Source of the DNA: Acidobacteriota bacterium
Lineage (GTDB): Bacteria > Acidobacteriota > UBA890 > WLXD01
Length of the DNA stretch: 64,000 nt
Reading direction: 5' to 3'
Assembly (NCBI GenBank): GCA_963666215.2
Contig: CAXWPL010000001.1
Location: 1 to 64,000, forward strand
Shown: positions 9,727 through 18,624 of the stretch, in pieces
Layout: each line of letters starts with the position of its first letter
How positions within the stretch are numbered: position 1 is the first letter of the stretch
The notes under the pieces: model-generated
What the model was told of the DNA's origin: nothing
What the model saw: only the letters and a program-made list of their open reading frames with translations
The model's database searches: none
Program-made: the position numbers and the translations under genes

Positions 9727-11132
9727 TGGATGTAGCCCAACGCGCGCAGGCGGCGGGTTTCCTCGGGCGTCAGCCGGATCTCAGCCGGCTGGCGAACGCT
9801 CTGCCGGCTGCGATCGAGCTCGGCCGCCCACTCGTCTGCAAGATCGCGAAATGTCGCCACGTCGTCAGGTCGATCGGCGCTGACGTCGAGGCGTTCGAGC
9901 GGGTCGTTGGTCAGATCGAAAAGACTGAAACCGCTGCCGTCGGTGACGAACTTGAGACCGTCGCGCACGAAAGCTCGCGCCGAGCCCAGCTGGCTCATGG
10001 CCAGTCGGGACTCGGACTCAGCGCCTTCCCATACACGGGCCAGATCAGAGCCCTGGTAGTGCGACGGCGGCTCGATGCCCGCGATACGCAGCAGAGTTGG
10101 GGCCACGTCGACGTTGCGCACGGTGCTTTCGATGCGCCGTGCGGCTGGCACGCCCGGCCCCGCCACGATCAACGGTGTGTGGATGAGCTCGTTGTACAGC
10201 GTGTGCGCGTGTGTTGCCACGGAACCGTGCTCGCCGAATTCCTCGCCATGATCCGAGACGACGGCGATGCCGGTCGACTCCATCATCCCCGAGGCCCGCA
10301 GTCGCTCGAACACATCCCCGAGAAACGCATCGAGGAACGCCAGCTCCGCGTCATACATGGCACGCAGGTGCTGCACGTCGCGCTCGCCAATCGACACGCT
10401 GCCGCCGTTGATCGCCATGATCTGGTCGCGTCGGATCTCGTCACCGAGCGGGCCGTCGTAGCCGTCGTCGAAGCGCTCCAGGTACTCGGGCACCGGCCGG
10501 TACGGCAGGTGGAGGTCGTAGAAGTGCAAGAGCAGGAACCACGGACGATCGCCGTTGGCGTCGAGCCATCCTCCGACTGCTTCGAGGTTACGTTCGGCAC
10601 GCCGCTGGTTGCGGTGCGGTGTAAGCCTCTCGTAGGTATCGAAGCCTCGCCGATAGCTCTCTCCCTCGAGCTGGGTGAACCCTCCGGTGGCATACCCCGC
10701 GTCGCGCAGGATCTCCGCGAGAGTCGGGACCGTGTCGTCCAGCACATGTCCGTGCTCCCACACGCCGTGAACCGCCGGGTAGAGCGAGGTGAGAATCGAA
10801 GTCTGCGACGGCGCCGTGTAGGGCGCCTGTGCATAGTTCTGAGTGAAGAAAACTCCTCCGGCGGCGAGCGCGTCGAGGTTTGGCGTGGTGGGCCGGTCGT
10901 ATCCGTAAACCCCAACGTGGTCGGCGCGCAGCGTGTCGATCGAGATCAACACCAGGTTCGGCCGCGGCACCGAAGAAGAGCCCTCCGGCCCCGGGCGAGC
11001 GCAAGCTGTCAGGGCCAAGTGCACCCCGAGGAGCACGGCGATCGCGGCCGTCGAGCTCCGCGCGGCGGGCGCGGCGAGCTTCAATGGATCCGACTGTGCG
11101 GGCGCTCGCATGCAGCGTATCGAGATGACCAT
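9723..11132 (-). CDS. Sulfatase-like hydrolase/transferase lipoprotein (start uncertain)
   Basis: Lipobox LTAC; PNLVLISIDTLRADH, YTAPSQTSILTS, DLHLPY, SDHGEEFGEHG and terminal LRALGY. Confidence 0.88.
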   Translation of the reverse strand: MVISIRCMRAPAQSDPLKLAAPAARSSTAAIAVLLGVHLALTACARPGPEGSSSVPRPNLVLISIDTLRADHVGVYGYDRPTTPNLDALAAGGVFFTQNYAQAPYTAPSQTSILTSLYPAVHGVWEHGHVLDDTVPTLAEILRDAGYATGGFTQLEGESYRRGFDTYERLTPHRNQRRAERNLEAVGGWLDANGDRPWFLLLHFYDLHLPYRPVPEYLERFDDGYDGPLGDEIRRDQIMAINGGSVSIGERDVQHLRAMYDAELAFLDAFLGDVFERLRASGMMESTGIAVVSDHGEEFGEHGSVATHAHTLYNELIHTPLIVAGPGVPAARRIESTVRNVDVAPTLLRIAGIEPPSHYQGSDLARVWEGAESESRLAMSQLGSARAFVRDGLKFVTDGSGFSLFDLTNDPLERLDVSADRPDDVATFRDLADEWAAELDRSRQSVRQPAEIRLTPEETRRLRALGYIQ

Positions 11133-11625
11133 CGCTCCACCTTGCTGCGGTTCGACGCCCGACCAGATTGGCGGCGCGTGCTGGGAAACTAGGAGCAGCG
11201 AACAGCAGAACCAGTCGTGAATCAACTCGCCCGGCGTCGAAGCCAGAACAGAGGCGAGAGCGCGCTCATGTGGGGCTGTCGGGCTGCGAGCGTCCTACCG
11301 GCCAGCGCGAGCCTTCGACCTCCGTCCCGGAGCAGAAAGTCGAACACTGAGAAACGAAGAAGCGAACGATGACTTGCAGATCAACCCGCCGATCGCCGCA
11401 TCACACCGGTGGCGTCGCAAAACCGACGGCGCAAGGCGTGGGGCGAGCGGCGTCACTCGTAGCGGGGCCCGCACTTGTACGACGCATGTCGTCCCCCCGG
11501 CGACAGCTCGGCACCAGTCGGCCGAAGCGACGCCAAGCGTGGAGGCGCGCCCCGCCTAGAGGGATGCCGCTCGCCCCACGCCCGGCCCCCCCCCAATTGC
11601 GACCCCGTCGTGTCGCTCTCTCTAC

Positions 11626-12008
11626 CTAGCGACCCCGCGAGGCCGCCACGTCAGGCTGCTGACGCAGCCACTGGTAAACCTGACCGAACCGGAGCCGGAT
11701 CGCGGCGTTCTTCGCGGGTGTTTGCGGGCAGCAGTAGCTGAACTTGCTGAAGGGCACGCCAGGGGCCGACTCGGGCCCCATGGTCCAACGCCACGTCTCT
11801 TCGGCCATCGCCAAGTAGGCAGCCCGACGCGTGGGGGACGTGGAGAGCAGCGCGCCGTAGGCGTAGCCGTCGGTGAGAACCTGGTTGATGGCGTCGAGCA
11901 CGCGGAACAGCGCCTGCTCGGCGGCGGGATCGGGTCGCTTCACGTGACGACGGGCAAACGCGTAACGACCGAGCGCTTCGCTGACGTAGCCGTTCTGCCA
12001 GGGCGCGG
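11626..12008 (-). pseudogene. 3' remnant of a hypothetical gene cut at the IS256 end
   Basis: The protein-like frame (PWQNGYVSEALGRY...VYQWLRQQ) begins exactly at the IS inverted repeat and has no start of its own. Confidence 0.6.
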
Positions 12009-13417
12009 GGGGATGTCCCACCGTCCGTTGAACTAAGGCGACGGTGAAGTGGTTGGGGATTGTTACGCAGTACGGCGCTCCTGCTCAAGGGGAACGTCGA
12101 CGGCGGTGTTGAGTGCGGCATCGAGCTTGGCGATGTCGCGGTAGCCACGAACCCTCCGGAACTTGCTCTCGGCCTCGATGAGTGCAGTAACCGCCCATCG
12201 AACGATCATGCTCCCGGAGCGCCACCGCTTTACGTTGCGGCTGACGTGTTTGATCGTCCCGTTCAGGTTCTCGATCGTATTCGTTGAACGTAACGTCCGA
12301 AGCAGCGGCCCCTGAACTCGGAGCCGAGTGACGGTGAGCGTCTCTTGCATTCCTTCTCTGAGCGAGGCCGCTGCACCGGGGTGATCGGTCTCCAGCTCCT
12401 TGACCACGGCGTCGAGCTGCTTGGTCGCTGCCGTGGCCGTCTCCGCCTTCCACGCCTTGCGGATCTTGGCTGCGAACCAGGGCCGGATATGCCCTGGCAG
12501 ATGCTCCAATACATTCTTGATCTTGTGGACACGGCAGCGCTGGATCAGGGCCCACTCGCCGAACGTGTCGCGCACTGCTTTACGGAGGCCCTTGGAGCCA
12601 TCGATTACCACCAACCGCGCCCGTTCGACGGGCATGCCGCGCTCGATCAACTGCCGCAGCAGCGACCGGCACACGTGGGAGCTCTCCGTGGTGCCCTCTA
12701 CGACACCCAGCACATGCTTGACGCCGTCCGCGTCGATGCCCATGGCGATCACCAACAAGTGCTTGCCCATGTGCGTGCCGTCGATCACCAGCACCGGCAG
12801 GTCCACTTCATTGAGCGGTTGGGCCAGGTACTGCTGCACCTGCTTGGCTGTACGCGCTACGAACCGCCGCGACACACTCGAGCGACTCGTTCCCGACGAA
12901 GCTCGCCCGTCGTCGAGCCGCTCTAACGAGCGCTCGTACTTGCGCGTCGTGACGCCGCACAGGATCTGCTCTACGGCGCGCTCTTCGAGCGGATCTGTTG
13001 CCTTGAACCTCTCCCAGTGCGGCAGCGGCAGCTCTTGGCCATCGACGCTCCGAGCCCGCGGCTTGCGTACCTTGACCCGCCGGCCGCCCATCACCAGCGA
13101 GCCCTCGTCGTAGCCGTGTCGGTACGCCCGCCGCTGCTGTGACCGCGCGTAGCGCTCTCCGCAGAGCTCCGCCCGGTCTTCTTCCAGCAGCGAACCCAAC
13201 ACCCCGAAGCCCGCGTCCATGACCAGCGCTCGTAGATCCGATCGCGCCGCTACCACTGCCTCCAGGAGCGGGTTCTCTTGGCGCTCCGCTTTCCTACTTG
13301 TCTCTGTTCTGCGACTCTTGCTCATGACGGTGATCCTCCATGCCAGTGGATTGACCCCGACACACTATCGAGGTCGGATCACCGTCACCCTTTTTCAACG
13401 GAGCCTGTGACATCCCC
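12009..13417 (-). mobile_element. IS256-family insertion sequence
   Basis: Imperfect 39-bp terminal inverted repeats, GGGGATGTCCCACCGTCCGTTGAACTAAGGCGACGGTGA (12009) versus the reverse complement of the 13417 end, GGGGATGTCACAGGCTCCGTTGAAAAAGGGTGACGGTGA, enclosing one transposase gene. Confidence 0.92.
12063..13325 (-). CDS. IS256-family (Mutator-like) DDE transposase
   Basis: LVIDG, VIDGSKGL, QRCRVHK and RSTNTIENLN motifs; 420 aa. Confidence 0.93.
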   Translation of the reverse strand: MSKSRRTETSRKAERQENPLLEAVVAARSDLRALVMDAGFGVLGSLLEEDRAELCGERYARSQQRRAYRHGYDEGSLVMGGRRVKVRKPRARSVDGQELPLPHWERFKATDPLEERAVEQILCGVTTRKYERSLERLDDGRASSGTSRSSVSRRFVARTAKQVQQYLAQPLNEVDLPVLVIDGTHMGKHLLVIAMGIDADGVKHVLGVVEGTTESSHVCRSLLRQLIERGMPVERARLVVIDGSKGLRKAVRDTFGEWALIQRCRVHKIKNVLEHLPGHIRPWFAAKIRKAWKAETATAATKQLDAVVKELETDHPGAAASLREGMQETLTVTRLRVQGPLLRTLRSTNTIENLNGTIKHVSRNVKRWRSGSMIVRWAVTALIEAESKFRRVRGYRDIAKLDAALNTAVDVPLEQERRTA

Positions 13418-14166
13418 TGGTAAACTTGCAGCTCCGTGTGCTGGATCTGGATCCCGACCTCTTGATCGTTTATCACGGTATCAACGACGTACATACGCGG
13501 CTCGTGTGGCCTCCTGCTGCCTACCGAGGCGACAACTCGGGACGGTTGCTGCGAGACGAGTCGCCGATTTTTATGCCGTCAGTCTGGGAGCACAGCACGT
13601 TGTTGCGGACGCTCATGGTCCGGTTCGCGCTCACACGCGCACACGGGTCACTGTCAAGGGTGCTGTCGCCGGAGCCAGACTCGTTTCGCGGCGCCGAGTT
13701 CGTCCGCCAGAAGGTCCGCGGCGAGTATCCGAGCGGAGTTTTTGAAGAGGTCGGCGCCTTCGAGATGCTCGAGACCAACGAGCCGACGTTCTTCGAGCGC
13801 AACGTCCGCAACATGGTCGCTGTCGCACAGAGCCGCGACATCGGCATCGTGCTCAGCTCGTTCGCGTACTCGCCGGACTTTCTTGCCGAGCCGTCGGTCT
13901 CATCGGAGGAGTACGCGAAGGCGTTTCGCGAAGGTAACGACGTGCTGACACGCGTCGCTGCCACCGACTCGGTGCCGTTCTTCGACTTCGCGGCGGTATT
14001 CCCGACAGGTCCCGAGTACTTTGCCGACGGGCGCCACGTCAACGCCGCTGGCGCGCTCCTCAAGGCGGAGCTCTTTGGCCGGTTCCTGGTCGACGGCGCC
14101 CTCGTTTCGTCCGCCCCACTCGTCCCGCAGCAGGTGGGCGACGACTTGCCTTCTAGCGGGCAGTGA
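13418..14166 (+). pseudogene. SGNH/GDSL hydrolase, copy 1, 5'-truncated at IS256
   Basis: Starts mid-protein at LVNLQLRVLDLDPDLL; has YHGIND and DGRH but lacks the block I Ser motif; clearly paralogous to the downstream copy. Confidence 0.8.
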
Positions 14167-14239
14167 CCTCGGGACGCTGTTGGTGTAGGCCAGGATCGGG
14201 TAGCGCCGAGACTCGCGAAGTGAGCATGTGACGAATGCC
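14153..14239 (-). repeat. Diverged duplicate of the 3' end of the rng gene
   Basis: Translates GIRHMLTSRVSALPDPGLHQQRPEVTAR* versus the Rng C-terminus GIRHMLNSPVQVLPDHSLHQERFEVTAR*, 20/28 identical and ungapped against 15445-15531. Confidence 0.9.
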
Positions 14240-15458
14240 TCATCCGACGGAGTGGAGCCGCGGCCAGGCGATTCTGGCGAACGCCACGGTGGCTCTGCTG
14301 GCATGCGTTCTGGTCGTCGTGGGAATGGAGATCGCGGCCGGCGTTTGGCTGCGCTTTGTCGCTAGCCGACAGGACTTCGTCCAGTTCGCGTCCGTGCGCC
14401 AGCTTCGGGCGCGCGGCTTTACCCCGCGATTCGTGGCTCATCGGTATCTGGGGCACTACCCGAATCCGGGGTTCGAAACGGAGCAGAATCGCCACAACTC
14501 GCTGGGCTACCGGGGCGACGAGATCGAGGTTCCCAAGCCCGACACCGAGTTCAGGATCGTCTGCCTGGGCGGCTCAACGACCTACACCTCTTCGGTCGGC
14601 AACTACCGGCACTCATACCCGGATCGTCTGCAGCGGTATCTGAGGCGTGAGGGCTTCACGAACGTGCGAGTGGTCAACGCGGGCGTCAACAGCTAGAGCA
14701 GCTGGGAAAGCTTGGTGAATCTCCAGCTGCGCGTGCTGGATCTCGATCCCGATCTGTTGATCGTCTACCACGGCGTCAACGACGTGGCTCCGCGTCTCGT
14801 ATGGCCGCCCGCCGCCTACCGCGGCGACAATACCGGGCGCTGGCTGCCCAGCGAGTCGCCTGTCTTCATGCCGTCGATCTTCGAGCACAGCACGCTGCTG
14901 CGAGTGCTCATGATTCGATTCGGGATCACGCGCTCGCACGCGTCGCTGTCGCGCGTGTTGGCGCCAGAGCCTGAATCGTTTGTTGGCGACGACTTCGTCG
15001 ACCAGAAGCTTCGTGGTGATTATCCGAGTGGGATCTTCAGCGAGGTCGACGCCGCCGAAATGCTCCAGACTAACTCGCCGGTCTTCTTCGAGCGCAACAT
15101 CGGCAACATGGTCGCGGTGGCGAAGAGCCACAACATCGGCATCGTGCTCAGCTCGTTTGCAATCTCTCCGGACTTCCCGTCAAAGCCGCATGTCTCCTCG
15201 GACGAGTACGCGCGTGCCTACTTGGAGATCAACGCCATGCTCCGCCGCCTGGCATCTGCGACGAGCGTGCCGTTCTTCGATTTCGCCGCAGTTTTCCCTT
15301 CGGGCCCCGACCTGTTCACCGACGGGCTGCATGTCAACGACCAGGGCGCGCTCCTCAAGGCGGAGCTGTTCGGCCGCTTCCTGATCGCCAGCGCTCTCGT
15401 TCCGCTGGCTCCGGTCGGTCGGCGCGAGCGCACGCCGCGAGCTTCTAACGCGCGGTGA
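14235..15458 (+). CDS. Membrane-anchored SGNH/GDSL hydrolase, copy 2, with an in-frame TAG at 14694-14696
   Basis: N-terminal TM; RIVCLGGSTT, NAGVNS*SSWESL, YHGVND and DGLH. ORFs 14235..14696 and 14712..15458 are in the same frame. Confidence 0.8.
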
Positions 15459-16968
15459 CCTCGAAGCGCTCCTGGTGCAGGCTGTGATCGGGTAGCACCT
15501 GGACCGGCGAGTTGAGCATGTGACGGATGCCCTCGAGGACGGCGTGACTCTCGTTTTCGAGCGCACGGCCCACCGCCGGCGCGGCACGGACGATGACGTC
15601 GCGGCCGGCTAGCTCGCGCTGCAGTCGTCCAACCTCGCGGAGAATCTCGAGGCAGATCGTGTCGGTCGATTTTACGCGCCCTTCTCCCTGGCAATAGGGG
15701 CAGGGCTCGCACAACGTGCGTTCGAGACTCTGCTTTACGCGTTGCCGGGTGAGCTCAACAAGGCCGAACTCGGAGATCTGCAGTAGCTGAGTCTTGGCGC
15801 GGTCTTTCTCGAGCTCTGCTTCGAGCGCCTCGATGACTCTCTTGCGGTTCTCCGGCTCATCCATGTCGATGAAGTCGATGACGATAATGCCGCCGAGATC
15901 GCGAAGTCGGATCTGCCGAACGATCTCTTTCACGGCCTCGACGTTGGTGCTCGCGACCGTGTCTTCGAGGCGCTTCTTACCGACATACTTGCCGGTGTTG
16001 ATATCGATCGCCACCAGCGCTTCGGTCTGGTTGATAACCAGATATGCGCCCGACTTCAGCCATACATGGGTCTCGAGCGCCTTCTCGATCTGGCTCGTGA
16101 CCTTGTACTGGTCGAAGATCGGCGTGGTCGACTGATGCGCTTGAAGCTTGCTGGCCGCCAAAGGGTTGACCTGCTCGAGGAAGCGCCTGGCGCGCTCGAA
16201 CTCCTCGTGATTGTCGATGATGACGCGGTCGTAGTCCTCCGTAAAGACGTCGCGCAGCAGCCGCAGCAGCACAGACAGGTCGCGGTGGATCAGGGCCGGC
16301 GCCTTAGCCGACTCGCTGCGCTCGCGAAGCGCCTCCCAGAGCTCGTGCAGGAACATCAGGTCGTCGCGGAAGTCTTGCTCGCCGCGCCCAACACCAGCGG
16401 TGCGGACGATGAAGCCGCCAACGCCTTTGGGTCGCACTCTCTGAATGATCTTGCGCAGGCGGTTGCGCTCTGTACGGTCCTCGATCTTGCGCGAGACGCC
16501 AACCTGGTCGACGGACGGCATGTAGACGAGGTAGCGCCCGGGCAAGGAGATGTTCGTTGTGATACGGGCGCCCTTTGTGCCGAGTGGAGCCTTCGAGATC
16601 TGCACCAAGATCTCGTCGCCACGCGACAGCAGCTTGTCGATCTTCTGGTTCTCTCTCGCACGTCGACTGCGTCGCCGCTGCGGCGCGGGGCCGTCGCCGT
16701 TCGACCCGTCCTCGAGCCAGGTGCTGTGGGCGTCGATGTCGGAGAGAACGTCGGAGACGTAGAGGAAGCCATCGCGTTCGAGTCCGATGTTGACGAACGC
16801 CGACTGCATTCCCGGCAGAACCCGGTTTACTCTCCCCTTGTAGATGTTGCCCGCTGTGCCACGGGCACTCTCTCGCTCGATGAAGATCTCTTGCAACTGC
16901 CCGTCTTCGAGCACGGCGACCCGCGTCTCGTTGTCGTCGCAGTTGGCGATAATTTCCTTGCGTGACAT
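15445..16968 (-). CDS. rng: Ribonuclease E/G family
   Basis: GNIYKGRV..VLPGMQSAFV (S1 domain), IDINTG, LRDLGGIIVIDFIDM and CPYCQG motifs. Confidence 0.95.
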   Translation of the reverse strand: MSRKEIIANCDDNETRVAVLEDGQLQEIFIERESARGTAGNIYKGRVNRVLPGMQSAFVNIGLERDGFLYVSDVLSDIDAHSTWLEDGSNGDGPAPQRRRSRRARENQKIDKLLSRGDEILVQISKAPLGTKGARITTNISLPGRYLVYMPSVDQVGVSRKIEDRTERNRLRKIIQRVRPKGVGGFIVRTAGVGRGEQDFRDDLMFLHELWEALRERSESAKAPALIHRDLSVLLRLLRDVFTEDYDRVIIDNHEEFERARRFLEQVNPLAASKLQAHQSTTPIFDQYKVTSQIEKALETHVWLKSGAYLVINQTEALVAIDINTGKYVGKKRLEDTVASTNVEAVKEIVRQIRLRDLGGIIVIDFIDMDEPENRKRVIEALEAELEKDRAKTQLLQISEFGLVELTRQRVKQSLERTLCEPCPYCQGEGRVKSTDTICLEILREVGRLQRELAGRDVIVRAAPAVGRALENESHAVLEGIRHMLNSPVQVLPDHSLHQERFEVTAR

Positions 16969-17535
16969 ACGGTCTCCAAAAGGCGTCTTCTGCGCGCTGG
17001 GCGCAGCTCTCCTTTGTTTCCACAGGAGAGGGCGACGCTAGCGTCCGGACGGGCGGCGCTTGTCTCCGGGCCACGGACCGGGGGGCACCGAGTCGCGAGG
17101 GTCGACTCCGTGTACGTGCCCGCGTTATCGGCCCGGGCGCGGCGTGCCACGCCCGTCCTTGCTGGCTGCGGCCACCGCGGCAGGGCGGCCGTACTTGAAA
17201 AGGTAGTGAACAGAGCGATGTCTCTTGATAGCTTGGCTTTCGCCGCTTTTGAGACGGCGAGCGGGGCGCCCTGGACGGGTAGTCCGGACGTCGGAACCAC
17301 CGCGTGCCCTACGTCTCGGCTTGGCTGCGATGCGTGGCGGCCAGCCTGTACTGGCAGATCGGCGGATCATGAAATGCGGCAAGTTCCCGATAGGAGCACC
17401 AGATTCCTCACCTATCTTATACAAGCCTTTCGATGGCGCGAGCCGCCACACCGGTCGGCGCCGTGGTGGCGCGGCGACGTACGTCTGCTGGCGGGGCGCC
17501 ACGAGGCGCTGCGGGCCGATTGATGCGCCCGGGGC

Positions 17536-18624
17536 TCAGGCCCCGAATCTTCGACTGCGTATCGAGACCGCCACCCCGATAGCGATCGCCGTCGATAACG
17601 TCGACGAGCCGCCGTACGACAGCAACGGCAGTGGAATTCCAGTAATCGGCGCGTAGCCGATGACCATGGCGACGTTGATGACAAGGTGGAACGCCAATAG
17701 GCTCGCCACGCCGACCGCCGCGTAGGATCCAAACCGGTCGCGCGCCAGGCGTGCCGAGCTGAGCAGTCGGAGGAGCAGGCCTGCGTAGAGTGTCAGCACA
17801 ATCGTGACGCCCAGGAAGCCGAGCTCCTCGCCGAGAAGCGCCATGATGAAGTCGTTGTGCTGCTCCGGCAGGAAGTTGAGCTGGCTTTGCGTGCCCCTGA
17901 AGAGCCCCTTGCCAATCATGCCGCCGGAACCGATGGCGATCTTGCTTTGTATGAGCTGATACCCGTTCCCGAGGGGGTCGTCCTCCGGCCGCAGAAAGCT
18001 GGTCAGGCGAGCCCGCTGGTAGTCGAGTAGCCCGAAAAACAGCAAGAAGGGCGAGACCGCCGCCGCGCCTGCCGCTAGGCCGACGAGCGGGCGCACCCGG
18101 ATGCCCGCTACCCAGGTGATGCCAGCGAGCACCGGAAGGAACGCCATAGCCGTGCCGAGGTCTGGTTGCAGGATCGTGAGTAGAACCGGCACGCCCACCA
18201 GGGTCACCGGGATAACCATCTGCTGCAGACCGAACTGCCGCGGCTCGCGCTCGGCGAACAACCGAGCCAAAGCGAGGATGGTGGCCAGCTTGGCGAACTC
18301 GGAGGGCTGCAAAGTGAATCCTCCGAGCTGCAGCCAGCTACGAGCGTTCGAGATCGGCGGGGCGAAGAACGTAACGCCGGCGAGCAGCACCACGGAGGCG
18401 GTCCAGATCGCATACGCCCGGCTGGCAAGGAGTCGATAGTCGATTGCCCCGGCGATGATCGCGAGAAGCAGGCCGGTGCCTCCCCAGATCGCCTGCTTAC
18501 GCGCGAGGTCGGAGCTCCCGCTGCCACTGGCGGAGGCCACGAGCAGCACTCCGAATGCGAGCAGCCCAGCCAATAGGGCGATTGACATGTAGTCGAAAAC
18601 GCGAAAGCCGCGGCGGTCGATCAC
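17536..18624 (-). CDS. rodA: Rod shape-determining SEDS protein RodA
   Basis: LQPSEFAK, QPDLGTA, GYQLIQSKIAIGSGG and LPLLSYGGSS; follows PBP2. Confidence 0.95.
   Translation of the reverse strand: MIDRRGFRVFDYMSIALLAGLLAFGVLLVASASGSGSSDLARKQAIWGGTGLLLAIIAGAIDYRLLASRAYAIWTASVVLLAGVTFFAPPISNARSWLQLGGFTLQPSEFAKLATILALARLFAEREPRQFGLQQMVIPVTLVGVPVLLTILQPDLGTAMAFLPVLAGITWVAGIRVRPLVGLAAGAAAVSPFLLFFGLLDYQRARLTSFLRPEDDPLGNGYQLIQSKIAIGSGGMIGKGLFRGTQSQLNFLPEQHNDFIMALLGEELGFLGVTIVLTLYAGLLLRLLSSARLARDRFGSYAAVGVASLLAFHLVINVAMVIGYAPITGIPLPLLSYGGSSTLSTAIAIGVAVSIRSRRFGA

Noticed and set aside
9417-11192. Long alternative ORFs (e.g. 9417..11192 +, 46294..47838 +, 53358..54611 +, 60262..62031 -)
   Set aside because: These are antisense or off-frame shadows of well-supported genes, typical of high-GC DNA, with no recognisable motifs.
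11671-11679. CTGGTAAAC matching the IS256 right junction (13417-13425) as a target duplication
   Set aside because: It lies about 330 bp from the left inverted repeat, inside the gene remnant; probably chance.
14694-14696. Pyrrolysine or stop-codon recoding
   Set aside because: TAG terminates many clear genes in this window and no pyl genes are present.
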